Of a stretch of 64,000 nt of DNA, positions 28,473 through 37,643 are shown one piece after another. Position 1 is the stretch's first letter, and each line of letters starts with the position of its first letter. The notes beneath the pieces are model-generated. The model saw only the letters and a program-made list of their open reading frames with translations, did not search any database and was not told where the DNA came from. The stretch is from an uncultured Gemmatimonadales bacterium (GTDB lineage: Bacteria > Gemmatimonadota > Gemmatimonadetes > Longimicrobiales > Longimicrobiaceae), in contig OY970303.1 of assembly GCA_963716255.1 (NCBI GenBank), forward strand, positions 1,824,001 to 1,888,000. Reading direction: 5' to 3'. Made by a program: the position numbers and the translations under genes.

Positions 28473-29756
28473 CTACGGCTCGCGGTAGAGGGTCCCGCCC
28501 TTCATCACCAGGCGGACCCGGCGCAGCGCGGAGATGTCGCGCGTGGGGTCGCCGTCCACGGCCACCAGGTCGGCGAGCAGGCCGGGGCGGATGCTGCCCA
28601 GCCACTCCTCCAGGTGGAAGACGCGGGCGTTCACGGAGGTGGCGGCGAGGAGGGTCCGCGCCGGACTCATCCCGTACTCCACCATCAGCTCCATCTCGCG
28701 GGCGTTTTCGCCGTGGGGGAAGACGCCGGAGTCGCCGCCCATGCACAGGGTCACTCCCGCGTCCAGCGCGGCGCGGAAGCTGGCCTTCTTGTCCCGCACC
28801 TGCACCGGGTCCGGGTCCACCCCCTTGCGCCACCCGGCGTAGGTGCGTGTGGCCTCCGTCGCCGCCAGCGTGGGGCAGAGCGCCACGCCCCGCTCGCGCA
28901 TCAGCCGGAAGACCTCGGGCGTCCCGCCGTTGCCGTGCTCGATGGTCTGCACCCCGGCCAGCACGGCGCGGCGCATCCCCTCCGCGGTGCTCGCGTGGGC
29001 CACCACCGGCCGCCCCGCGCTCGACGCCGCCTCCACCGCCGCCCTCATCTCCTCCAGCGTGAAGGTGGGGCGGGCCGGCTGGTCCGGGCCCCAGGGGTAG
29101 TCGGCGTACAGCTTGACCCAGTCCGCCCCCCTGCCGATCTGCGTGCGGACCGCGCGGACGACGCCTTCCACGCCGCTCGCCTCCTCGGCGCCCTGGGGCG
29201 CGTCCCACTCGGCGGCCAGCCCCTTGGGGCCGTAGCTCCCGGTGGCGACGATGGCGCGGGTGGACACCAGCATCCGCGGCCCCGGGACGATCCGCTGCGC
29301 GATGGCCTGCTTGAGCCCCACGTCCGCCCACCCGGCGCCCTCGGTGCCCAGGTCGCGCGTGGTGGTGAAGCCGGCCAGCAGGGCGTCGCGCGCGTGCACC
29401 GTGGCGCGGGCCACCCGCAGCGCCTCCGACTCGCGGAGCACCTGGTCGTCCCAGGGCGTCTCGTCGTAGGGGTGCAGCAGGAGGTGCGAATGCCCCTCGA
29501 TCATCCCCGGGAGGAGGGTGGCGCCGGGAAGGTCGATCACCCGCGCGTCGGCGGGCACTCCCACGCGCTCCGCCGGTCCGGCGGCCTCGATGCGGTCGCC
29601 CCTCACCAGCACCGTCCACCCCTCGTGGGCGCGCTCGCCCAGTGCGTCGAAGACCCGCGCCGGCCGCAGGAGGACGTGCCCGGCCGGTTGCACCGTCTGT
29701 GCCCGGGCGGCGCCGGCGGCCAGAAGCAGGGCGAGGAGGAGGGAGGGGATCCGCAT
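28473..29756 (-). CDS. Secreted amidohydrolase-family metal-dependent hydrolase (Xaa-Pro dipeptidase-like)
   Basis: Signal peptide; [36 protein letters not shown]. Confidence 0.9.
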   Translation of the reverse strand: MRIPSLLLALLLAAGAARAQTVQPAGHVLLRPARVFDALGERAHEGWTVLVRGDRIEAAGPAERVGVPADARVIDLPGATLLPGMIEGHSHLLLHPYDETPWDDQVLRESEALRVARATVHARDALLAGFTTTRDLGTEGAGWADVGLKQAIAQRIVPGPRMLVSTRAIVATGSYGPKGLAAEWDAPQGAEEASGVEGVVRAVRTQIGRGADWVKLYADYPWGPDQPARPTFTLEEMRAAVEAASSAGRPVVAHASTAEGMRRAVLAGVQTIEHGNGGTPEVFRLMRERGVALCPTLAATEATRTYAGWRKGVDPDPVQVRDKKASFRAALDAGVTLCMGGDSGVFPHGENAREMELMVEYGMSPARTLLAATSVNARVFHLEEWLGSIRPGLLADLVAVDGDPTRDISALRRVRLVMKGGTLYREP

Positions 29757-30123
29757 GGGGCCTGGTCTCGGGTGGGGGACGGACGAGGAGCCGACAGTCT
29801 GCGGGGGGAGGAACGGGAGCGCAAGACGGGACCCGCGCGCCGGAAAAGTTTGCGCGCCCGGAACGGATTTTCGCCCTCCCGGCGCCCGCGTCCGGTCCCC
29901 CGCGGGTGGGAGCCCGCGCCCAAGTCGCGCGGCTTCGCCGTGTTAGCCGCCCGCCCCCGCGCCGCCGCGGAAACGGAATGCGGGTTGCTGCACTCCCGCC
30001 GGACCCCGGCACGCCACCCCCGCACGGAGACGACCTCCCCAGAAACCACCCGCAGCACCGCGGCCCCCGCGCCGCCCCATCGCAGCACCCCGGCATCGTC
30101 CCTCCCGCCATGCCCGGCGGGAA

Positions 30124-30222
30124 ATCCGACAAACGGCAAACCCGTCGAAAGGCGGGGACGCAAAGCCACGAGGCTACCGCGCGGGCTCCCCGCCCCGCCA
30201 CGCCAGTCGGGCCGCCGAAGAA
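30124..30222 (+). ncRNA. c-di-GMP-I (GEMM-I) riboswitch aptamer
   Basis: GGCAAA-CCCGTC-GAAA-GGCGGG-GACGCAAAGCC...GGGCCGCCGAA matches the GEMM-I core (GNRA-capped P2, GACGCAAAGC); ends about 10 nt before ATG 30233. Confidence 0.85.
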
Positions 30223-30232
30223 GAGACGACCC

Positions 30233-30877
30233 ATGCACCACGCTTCCGCATCCCCCGCCGGAGCCCGCGCCCGCTTCGCGCTGCTCGCCGCCGCCCTGGC
30301 GCTCGTCGCCGCGCCCGCGTCCGCCCAGCTCGCCCTGGCCATGCCGCTCCCGCCGCTGGCAGTGGCCGCCACGCGCGCCGGGACGCCCTCCCCCGCCCTG
30401 CTGATCCCCGTGGCCGGCGTCACGGCGGAGCAGCTGCACGACAGCTACCTCGCCGGCCGCGAGGGCGGGCGCGTCCACCAGGCCATCGACATCCACGCGC
30501 CGCGCGGGACGCCGGTGCTGGCCGCCGCGGACGGCACCATCCTCAAGCTGCACTCCGGGAGCCGCGGCGGGATCGCCGTCTACCAGCTGGGCACCGACGG
30601 CCGCACCCGCTACTACTACGCCCACCTGGAGCGCTACGCCGAGGGGCTGGAGGAGGGCGCGGCGGTCCGCCGCGGCGACGTCGTTGGCTACGTGGGCGAC
30701 ACCGGCAACGCCGCCCCCGGCGACTTCCACCTGCACTTCTCCATCGCCGTGCTGGACGACGCCCACCGCTGGTGGGAGGGCGCCAACCTGAACCCCTATC
30801 CGCTGCTCCGCGCCGACGCGCGCCAGCCCTTCGGCCTCGCCGCCCGCACCAACGCCGCACCCGCCACGCTCCGATGA
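30233..30877 (+). CDS. Secreted M23 family metallopeptidase
   Basis: Signal peptide; HQAID, YYYAHL, HLHF. Confidence 0.9.
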   Translation: MHHASASPAGARARFALLAAALALVAAPASAQLALAMPLPPLAVAATRAGTPSPALLIPVAGVTAEQLHDSYLAGREGGRVHQAIDIHAPRGTPVLAAADGTILKLHSGSRGGIAVYQLGTDGRTRYYYAHLERYAEGLEEGAAVRRGDVVGYVGDTGNAAPGDFHLHFSIAVLDDAHRWWEGANLNPYPLLRADARQPFGLAARTNAAPATLR

Positions 30878-31080
30878 ACACCTGGACCCTCTGTCTCGCC
30901 CTCCCCCTCTGCTTCTGGCTCACCCACCGCACCCTGCTGGGCCTCAGCCGCCTGGTGGAGCCGCGCTGCCCCCGCTGCGGCGGGCGGCGCTGGACGACGG
31001 GGCGCCGCGGCGAGCTGTCGTGCGCCGCGTGCCCGGCCGTGCGCGAGCAGATCGAGCTGGAGCTGGGGCTGGCGGCCTGA
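30874..31080 (+). CDS. Small membrane-anchored Zn-ribbon protein (68 aa)
   Basis: ATGA overlap with the M23 stop; hydrophobic N-terminus, CPRC-x14-CAAC. Confidence 0.6.
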   Translation: MNTWTLCLALPLCFWLTHRTLLGLSRLVEPRCPRCGGRRWTTGRRGELSCAACPAVREQIELELGLAA

Positions 31081-31111
31081 GCCGCGGGCTCCTTCCCCCC
31101 ACCTCATCGAC

Positions 31112-31468
31112 ATGTACACGCTCCTCCGCTGGCTCGTGGAATGGAAGGCCCGGCGCAGGGGAGCGCAGGTCATCATCTTCGACGGGGGCGCCGAGGTGGA
31201 GCGCACCCGGGCCTTCTTCCACGGGGCGTGCGCGGGGGGCGGGGCGGTGATCGCCGTGATCATCCTCGCCGCGCCCACCGGCTCCGACCCCGCCCTGCGC
31301 GCCGAGACCGAGCATCGCGGCGAGCTCCTGGTCGAGGCGAACCGCCGCACCCGGGAGGCGGTCACCATCACCGAGGCGTGCCTGCAGACCGCGCAGACCA
31401 TGAAGGAGACGCTCGACGGGTACCGCGAGATCGTGGAAAGCTATCCGGGGGTGGTGCGGGGACGTTGA
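31112..31468 (+). CDS. Hypothetical membrane protein
   Basis: One hydrophobic segment followed by a helical C-terminus; GC3-rich codons. Confidence 0.6.
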   Translation: MYTLLRWLVEWKARRRGAQVIIFDGGAEVERTRAFFHGACAGGGAVIAVIILAAPTGSDPALRAETEHRGELLVEANRRTREAVTITEACLQTAQTMKETLDGYREIVESYPGVVRGR

Positions 31469-31495
31469 ACGGCGAACGGCCCCCGGCAGCGGCGG

Positions 31496-31528
31496 GTTCG
31501 GGCGTGTCCCCGGCTGGCGCCGGGGTCG
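31496..31528 (-). repeat. Element A, 3'-terminal fragment only
   Basis: gttcgggcgtgtccccggctggcgccggggtcg. Confidence 0.7.
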
Positions 31529-31612
31529 ACGAGGACCCCCTGGTCCGGCGAAAGCGCCCCCACCGGGATCTCCGGCGGGGGCGCTTTCGCGTACTGCGTA
31601 CTGCCGTTGCAC

Positions 31613-32401
31613 TCACGCACTTCCGCTCCTGCTACCGGCGCCCAGCTCGGCGGAGAAGGCGGCGGCCGCGACGTCGAAGGCTCGCTCGCGCGGCAGCAGC
31701 CCGCCGGTCAGCTCGCGCATGGCGCGGCGCAGCGAATTGTCGTTGGAGTAGCCGCTGGACAGCGCGGCGCCCCACACGGTGCGCTCCGGGTCCTCCAGCA
31801 GCGCGGAGGCGAGCAGCAGCCGCACCCACGCCTGGAGCCGCCGGGGCGGGGGAAAGCCCACCCGGGCGCACCAGCCGGCGACTGTCCGCGGCCGGGCGCC
31901 CAGGCGCTGCGCCAGCTGGGTGGCGCCGCCATTGTCCACGGCCACCTCGGCGGCGGCGTACAGGAGCGTCATCCCGTCGTGCGTTGCCCTGGGCGGCGCC
32001 ACCGCCTCCAGCCGCACCTTCAGCGGGCGGGCGTGCGCGCAGCCCAGTCGGTGCGCGACGGCGACCGGGAGCGTCTCCACCCGGGAGTCCACCACCTCGC
32101 TCACCCTCCAGCGCAGCAGCTCCCGCAGCTCGAGCACCCGGTCGGGTCCCAGCTCCACCACGGCCACCACCGGGTTCATGGGGAAGCGCTCGACCAGCTC
32201 GCGCACCCGGCCGTCCAGCCCGCCGCCGGGCGCGTCCGCGTCCACCATCGCGAAGGTGGACGCGGACGCGGTGCGCAGACGTGCGTGCAGGTCGTCCCAC
32301 CCATCCACGCGGTGAATGGAATAGGGCGCGGGGAGTGCGCGTACGAAATCGAGGCGCGGCGAGGAAGGAACCAGGACGATACGAACCTCGGCGCGCCTCA
32401 T
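31613..32401 (-). CDS. AraC-family HTH regulator with degenerate receiver-like N-terminus
   Basis: LAQRLGARPRTV...RLLLASALL...AALSSGYSNDNSLRRAMRELTG (two HTHs). Confidence 0.75.
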   Translation of the reverse strand: MRRAEVRIVLVPSSPRLDFVRALPAPYSIHRVDGWDDLHARLRTASASTFAMVDADAPGGGLDGRVRELVERFPMNPVVAVVELGPDRVLELRELLRWRVSEVVDSRVETLPVAVAHRLGCAHARPLKVRLEAVAPPRATHDGMTLLYAAAEVAVDNGGATQLAQRLGARPRTVAGWCARVGFPPPRRLQAWVRLLLASALLEDPERTVWGAALSSGYSNDNSLRRAMRELTGGLLPRERAFDVAAAAFSAELGAGSRSGSA

Positions 32402-33140
32402 GGCCGGGAGATACGTCCGTCAGGCGATCGTTTCATGTCGTGTACCTGTTTGGCAATGACTTCGGCGTGGAGTGTTCACGCGAACGACTCCCTGCTTTGT
32501 CTCCGGCGGGGTCCATATCCCACGTCGAGGCCGCCTCGTCCGGCCTGCACCCTGGCTTCCGGGCGACGGCCGGGCATGGAAAACCGGGAGATCGGCGCTC
32601 GCGATCCCTTGCCGGCGGACACAAGTCGCCGGCTCCCAGTGGAGATTTCACACCATGAACTCATGAAATAGATACCGGGGTCGATCCAGGATCGGCATGC
32701 AGTACGGCCCGGGCCCGGCGATCGGATTCTGCGGGGCTCCACCACCCCGCGCTCCACCCGATCGGTCCGGCGCCCTGCCGGCGCCGCATGCGCTCACCGC
32801 ATCGCCAGGCGCCCGGACCGGCGAACCGCCGCTCCGCGCGGACCCTGCCCCGGCGGCCCGGGGAACGCGAGCAGCGGAGCCGTGGAGATGCGGAAGCGCT
32901 TCCCGGGCCCGCCGACGCTCCATCCTGTCCCGGCGCTTCGGGGCATAGAATGTCCACGGACCTCGCGCCAGGCCTACAGGCCTATAGTAAGCGGGGTCAT
33001 GCGGCCAGTCTACAGCACGAAACGATCGTCCCCTGCCCCGGCGAGTGGAAGCTGGCGCGAAGCGGCGCCGCGCGGTTACTTGCTACTCGGCCCGCGCGCC
33101 GCGCCGCGCACCCCTTGCCCCAGCCCCGGAGCCGCCCCGT

Positions 33141-33746
33141 ATGGACCTGGACCCCAGCGAGCCGCCGCGCCCCGCGGACGTGTCCCTCCCCGACCGCCGG
33201 GCGCGCCGCGACATGGCCGACAGCCACATGGAGGCGGTCAAGGCCCGCTACAACGCGGGCCGCACCCGCATGGAGCGCCTTGCCGACGCCATGACCGGCG
33301 TGGCCGCCTCCACCCCGTTCCTGCTCCTCCACGCCGCCTGGTTCGCGGGGTGGATCGCGTGGAACGTGGGCATGTTCGGCCTGCGCCCGTTCGACCCCTT
33401 CCCCTTCGGCCTGCTCACCATGGTGGTGTCGCTGGAGGCCATCTTCCTGTCCCTGTTCGTGCTCATCACCCAGAACCGGGAATCGGCAATCGCCGAGCTA
33501 CGCGAGGAGGTGACGCTTGCCGTGGAGCTGAACACCGAGGCCGAGACCACCAAGGTCCTCCAGCTGGTGCTCGGGCTGTACTCGCGGCTGGGCTTCCCCA
33601 TCGGCAGGGACGAGGAGCTGTGGAGGATGCTGGAGCCGCTGGACCAGGCGCGGATCGAGCGCGAGCTGAACGAGCAGATCCACGGCTCGGCGAGGAAGCA
33701 CCACGGCGGCGCCCGCCCGGGCAGGGAGCGCCCCCCGCCGCCCTGA
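33141..33746 (+). CDS. DUF1003 family membrane protein
   Basis: FDPFPFGLLTMVVSLEAIFLSLFVLITQNR. Confidence 0.85.
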   Translation: MDLDPSEPPRPADVSLPDRRARRDMADSHMEAVKARYNAGRTRMERLADAMTGVAASTPFLLLHAAWFAGWIAWNVGMFGLRPFDPFPFGLLTMVVSLEAIFLSLFVLITQNRESAIAELREEVTLAVELNTEAETTKVLQLVLGLYSRLGFPIGRDEELWRMLEPLDQARIERELNEQIHGSARKHHGGARPGRERPPPP

Positions 33747-33815
33747 CCGCGCCGTCCGGAGAGCCCCATTTCCGGCCGCGGCAACAGGTTACACAAAGCT
33801 TTTCCAGCCTTGCCG

Positions 33816-33830
33816 CGGCACGCGTCCTGC
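33816..33830 (+). promoter_or_regulatory. Candidate sigma-54 promoter
   Basis: CGGCACGCGTCCTGC (GG-N10-GC) upstream of the DUF6766-like gene. Confidence 0.35.
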
Positions 33831-33892
33831 CTTTTGCGCCGCTGCCCCGGAGGGTCCGGGGAACGCGGACATCCACCAGCGACGGGTGACGC

Positions 33893-34663
33893 ATGACCAG
33901 CGGATCGACCGGTGTTCCCGGGGAAGTGCGGCAGCGGGGCGGGAGCGGCGCCGGACGGGCCATGGAACACCGGGCGGGCGGAGCCGCGCGGCGTCTCCAC
34001 GACAACGGCCTGGCCCTGGTCGCGGCGCTCCTCTTCGCGGTGTCGATGGTGGGACAGGCCGTGGCCGGGTACGGGGCGTACAACGCCGAGGAGCGCGACC
34101 ACGGCCAGCCGGAGGCCGGCTTCGCGGCGTACCTCGCGACGCCGCACTTCGCCGAAGCGACCTTCGAGAACTGGGAGTCGGAGTTCCTGCAGATGGGGAT
34201 GTACGTGCTCCTCACCGCCTTCCTGGTGCAGCGGGGCTCCGCGGAGTCCAAGAAGCCGGAGGACGAGCGGGACGCCGGCGGCGAGGAGATCGACGAGGAC
34301 CCGCGGCTGCACCGCGGAGACCCGGACGCGCCCTGGCCGGTGCGGCGGGGTGGGTGGGTGCTGAAGCTCTACGAGAACTCGCTGGGGATGGCCTTCATGC
34401 TCCTGTTCGCCGCCAGCTTCCTGGGACACGCGGCGAGCGGTGCCGCGGAGTTCAGCGCGGAGCAGGCCGAGCACGGCGGGGCGGCGGTCTCCATGCTCCA
34501 GTACCTGGGCGAGCCGCGCTTCTGGTTCGAGTCGTTCCAGAACTGGCAGAGCGAGTTCCTGTCGGTGGTCGCCATCGTCGTGCTTTCCATCTTCCTCCGC
34601 CAGAAGGGCTCGCCCGAGTCCAAGCCGGTGCACCGGCCCCACCGCGAGACGGGCGCCGACTAG
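33893..34663 (+). CDS. DUF6766-like membrane protein (alternative start 33962)
   Basis: Duplicated motifs ATFENWESEFLQ and FESFQNWQSEFL; QRGSAESK and QKGSPESK. Confidence 0.8.
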   Translation: MTSGSTGVPGEVRQRGGSGAGRAMEHRAGGAARRLHDNGLALVAALLFAVSMVGQAVAGYGAYNAEERDHGQPEAGFAAYLATPHFAEATFENWESEFLQMGMYVLLTAFLVQRGSAESKKPEDERDAGGEEIDEDPRLHRGDPDAPWPVRRGGWVLKLYENSLGMAFMLLFAASFLGHAASGAAEFSAEQAEHGGAAVSMLQYLGEPRFWFESFQNWQSEFLSVVAIVVLSIFLRQKGSPESKPVHRPHRETGAD

Positions 34664-34718
34664 AAGGCGGCTCCCGGTACCGCGAAGCCCGCGGGCGGAC
34701 TGCCCGCGCGGGCGACGC

Positions 34719-36179
34719 TCACCCGGTGGGGCCCGCCAGCGCCGCGCCGCCTTCCGGGGCGCGCTCCAGGCTGAGCAGCACCACCGTCTCGGAGATGCTG
34801 CGCGCCGTGTCCAGCGTCAGGCTGGGCAGCGGGGCGCCGGCCGCCAAGGCGGGCCACGACATGGCCGGCTGCGCGCCGGCGGTCGCCACCATCAGCGGCT
34901 TGCCCTGCGCCCGGGCCAGCGGCCGGAGCCCCGCGGCGTGGAAGGGCGTGGTGACCACCAGGTCCGCCCCCTCCACCGCCGCCGCGAGCCCACCCTCGCG
35001 CCCCCCGGGAGCGTCGTCGGGCGCCACCGCCACGCACTCGAACCCGAACGCGCCCGCCAGCTCCGCCGACAGGGCGGCGCGGCGCTCCGGGTCCGCCTCC
35101 ACGCACGCGCAGCGCAGCGGCGCGGCGGCCGTCCAGCGCCGCACCACCTCGGGAAGCGCGGGGATCCCGATCCGCCGCCGCCACGCTTCGGTGAGCATCT
35201 CCGCCGCCCAGGTCTCCGTCTCGCCGGCGGGGCGGCGGTCCGTCCAGCCCAGCGCCGCCACGTACACGCCGGAGCGGTCGCGAACCTCCAGCATCCCCTC
35301 CTTCTGGAGCGCCCGGTACGCCCGCGCCACGGTCTTGTGGTTCAGGGCGGTGGCGCGGGACACCTCGCGGATCCCGGGAATGCGGTCGCCGGGCCGCAGG
35401 AGCCCCAGGTACAGCGCGAGCGACAGCGACCCGCGGAAGAGGCCGGCGAGCCGCTCCGCCGAGGCGCGGGAGGCCGGGTTCGCCGTCCGCCCCGCCTCGT
35501 CCAGCAGCGCCTCGCACCAGGCGGGATCCGCCATGCGGTGAAGCGCCTGCTCGGCCCCCATGGCCGGCGGCTCCGGGGCGGCCGCTTCCGGCAGCGGAGC
35601 CTCCGGCCCGGGGCGGGCGGCGGCCTCGCGCAGGATCCAGCGCAGCTCGGCGACGCCGTCGCTCTCGCGCGCGGCGGACACCGACGCTTCCAGCCGCAGC
35701 GTGGCCCCGGCGCGGCTCACCAGACGCAGCTGCCAGCCGGCGACCTTTCCCGTCTCGCGAACCCAGGCGAGCTGCCGCCGGAACCCCATGCGGTCCTCCT
35801 CGTGGACGAACACGGCGAGCGGCTTCCCGGCCAGGTACTCCGTCCGCGCCCCCAGCAGGGTGGCGGCGGCCTGGTTGACCTCGCGGATCACCCCCTCCGC
35901 GTCGGTCGCCAGGTACGCGTCCGGCGCCTGCCGGAACAGGTCGCGGTAGCGGCGCAGCTCGGCCTCCAGGTCGGAGCGGGACTCGGCGAGGGTGTCCGCC
36001 TGGCTGCGCAGCTCCTCCTCGCTCACCCGCAGCTCCTCCAGCGTGGAGGCCAGGTGGATCAGCGACTCCTGCACGATGGGCCGCCCCACGTCCGTGACCG
36101 ACCGCGCGCGGACCGCCAGGTCGTCCAGGCGGGTGGAGGTGGCCGCGATGTACCGGGTGATGTTGCCGAGGGTCTTCAT
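34719..36179 (-). CDS. PAS-domain plus GntR-type winged-helix transcriptional regulator
   Basis: ATG 36179; coiled coil, PAS (YRDLFRQAPDAYLATDAEGVIREVN...FVHEED), GntR (PGDRIPGIREVS...NHKTVARAYRALQKEG...SGVYV). Confidence 0.8.
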   Translation of the reverse strand: MKTLGNITRYIAATSTRLDDLAVRARSVTDVGRPIVQESLIHLASTLEELRVSEEELRSQADTLAESRSDLEAELRRYRDLFRQAPDAYLATDAEGVIREVNQAAATLLGARTEYLAGKPLAVFVHEEDRMGFRRQLAWVRETGKVAGWQLRLVSRAGATLRLEASVSAARESDGVAELRWILREAAARPGPEAPLPEAAAPEPPAMGAEQALHRMADPAWCEALLDEAGRTANPASRASAERLAGLFRGSLSLALYLGLLRPGDRIPGIREVSRATALNHKTVARAYRALQKEGMLEVRDRSGVYVAALGWTDRRPAGETETWAAEMLTEAWRRRIGIPALPEVVRRWTAAAPLRCACVEADPERRAALSAELAGAFGFECVAVAPDDAPGGREGGLAAAVEGADLVVTTPFHAAGLRPLARAQGKPLMVATAGAQPAMSWPALAAGAPLPSLTLDTARSISETVVLLSLERAPEGGAALAGPTG

Positions 36180-36324
36180 GGGTCCTGCTTGTACTGGTGT
36201 CGTCGGCCCGGTGCAGGCGACGCGGTCGTGCAGGAGGGATCGGGGTCCTGTCCGGCCGCGGCGCTCCGGGGCCGGTCCGCCGCGGGAAAGGACGCCCGGG
36301 CGGACCAAAAGTTCCCGTTTCTTC

Positions 36325-36341
36325 TAGCAAGTCACGGACCA
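36325..36341 (-). promoter_or_regulatory. Candidate sigma-54 promoter
   Basis: Minus strand reads TGGTCCGTGACTTGCTA, upstream of the PAS-GntR gene. Confidence 0.45.
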
Positions 36342-36553
36342 TGTATGCGAGGCGTCGGCGGTGGGATCAGATTCTCCGAGACTTCTTTACTGCGCCAGAT
36401 CGAGTGCGCACCATGCGTGCGCCACGGCCCCTTCCACCCTCGGCTCAAGGGACGCGGAGGCCGCGGCAGCCGGATATAAACAAATGAATCAACGCAATGG
36501 TGAACACCCGCCTGGCGGCGGAGACCGTGCTGGCGAACGCGCTCTTCCGTTCT

Positions 36554-36687
36554 GGGCGTGCCCCCGGCTGGCGCCGGGGTCGGGCTTCGGCTCCGTAAGC
36601 GAGCAAACAACGCTCGCAAACGGAGTCGAGCCCCGGCGGAAACAGCCCCGCCGGGTCTCGCCCCTTCGGGCCGAAATCCCTCACGCG
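36554..36687 (-). repeat. Element A, complete copy
   Basis: P4 extended to CCCGGCGG-GGCTGTTT-CCGCCGGG. Confidence 0.9.
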
Positions 36688-36697
36688 GGGTGGGCGC

Positions 36698-36855
36698 TGG
36701 CGTCCGCGAGGGCGGGTCCCCTCACCCTCCGGCCCCCTCTCCCCCGCAAGCGGGGGAAAGGGGGAGCACGACACGTCGCATCCCGAGGGGCGGGAAGCCC
36801 TCCCCCAGAATTGGGAGAGGGTAGCGAGCCTCAAGCGAGCCGGGTGAGGGCCGCC
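36698..36855. repeat. Repeat module B
   Basis: Reverse complement of 15983-16130; same B+A composite. Confidence 0.8.
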
Positions 36856-36882
36856 TGGGGGCCGCTAGGTGAGTCCCCAGCC

Positions 36883-36919
36883 AAAAGCGGAGGCCCGGAC
36901 CAACGGGTCCGGGCCTCCG
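36883..36919 (-). terminator. Intrinsic terminator of the cold-shock gene
   Basis: 14-bp stem cggaggcccggacc/ggtccgggcctccg followed by CTTTT on the minus strand. Confidence 0.7.
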
Positions 36920-36942
36920 ATCACATCAGCCAGCAGGTTTTG

Positions 36943-37338
36943 TTACCAGCGGTCGTTGTAGCCGCCGCGGTCGCCGCCGCCACGGCCGCCACCGCCCCCG
37001 CCACCACCACCGTAGCCGCCGCCACGGCCGCCGCCACCGCCGCCGTAGCCGCCACCACCGCCGCGGCTGCCGCCGCCGCCACGACCGCCACCGCCGCCGT
37101 AGCCACCCTCGGAGCCGCCCGCGGGGGCGTCCAGACGGGTGACGTTCTCCGCGGCCGGGCCCTTCTGGCCCTGCACCACGTCGAACTCGACGCGCTCGCC
37201 GTCGTTCAGGGTCTTGAACCCGCCGCCCTGGATGGCGCTGTGGTGAACGAAGACGTCCTTCTCCCCGTTCTCACGCGTGATGAACCCGAAGCCCTTCTCC
37301 GGGTTGAACCACTTGACCGTCCCCGTTTCCCTCGCCAT
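36943..37338 (-). CDS. Cold-shock domain protein with Gly/Arg/Tyr-rich tail
   Basis: GTVKWFN, RNP1 KGFGFI, RNP2 VFVHH; then about 50 aa of GGGY/RGG repeats. Confidence 0.95.
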   Translation of the reverse strand: MARETGTVKWFNPEKGFGFITRENGEKDVFVHHSAIQGGGFKTLNDGERVEFDVVQGQKGPAAENVTRLDAPAGGSEGGYGGGGGRGGGGSRGGGGGYGGGGGGRGGGYGGGGGGGGGRGGGDRGGYNDRW

Positions 37339-37643
37339 GTCTTCCCACCTGCTGTGACGTGTTGAATGTGACAACCGCTCGACCACAAGTTACGACTCTT
37401 CTAAACCCGTGCCAAGGTTTTTGGGAAAGATGTTCGTAACGCGTGCACCGCGTCCACCGCGCCGGCGCCCCGCACGACACCCCAAAACCCAGCATCCACG
37501 CGCGCTTACGCCGGCAATGCACGCTGTCCCCGCGGGGCGGAGCGGACGGCGAACGGAGCGGGAACCCGTGCGTGTACCCGCCTCCGCGGCCCGCGACTGC
37601 TACGATTTCCGTCGCACCGGCGCCCCGGTGTTGCACTGCTCCC

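Noticed and set aside
30124..30222. 3',3'-cGAMP-sensing GEMM-Ib variant
   Set aside because: The discriminator position is G, not A.
37399..37415. Sigma-54 site upstream of the cold-shock gene (TTGGCACGGGTTTAGAA, minus strand)
   Set aside because: Good -24 box, but the -12 position is GA rather than GC; too weak to call.
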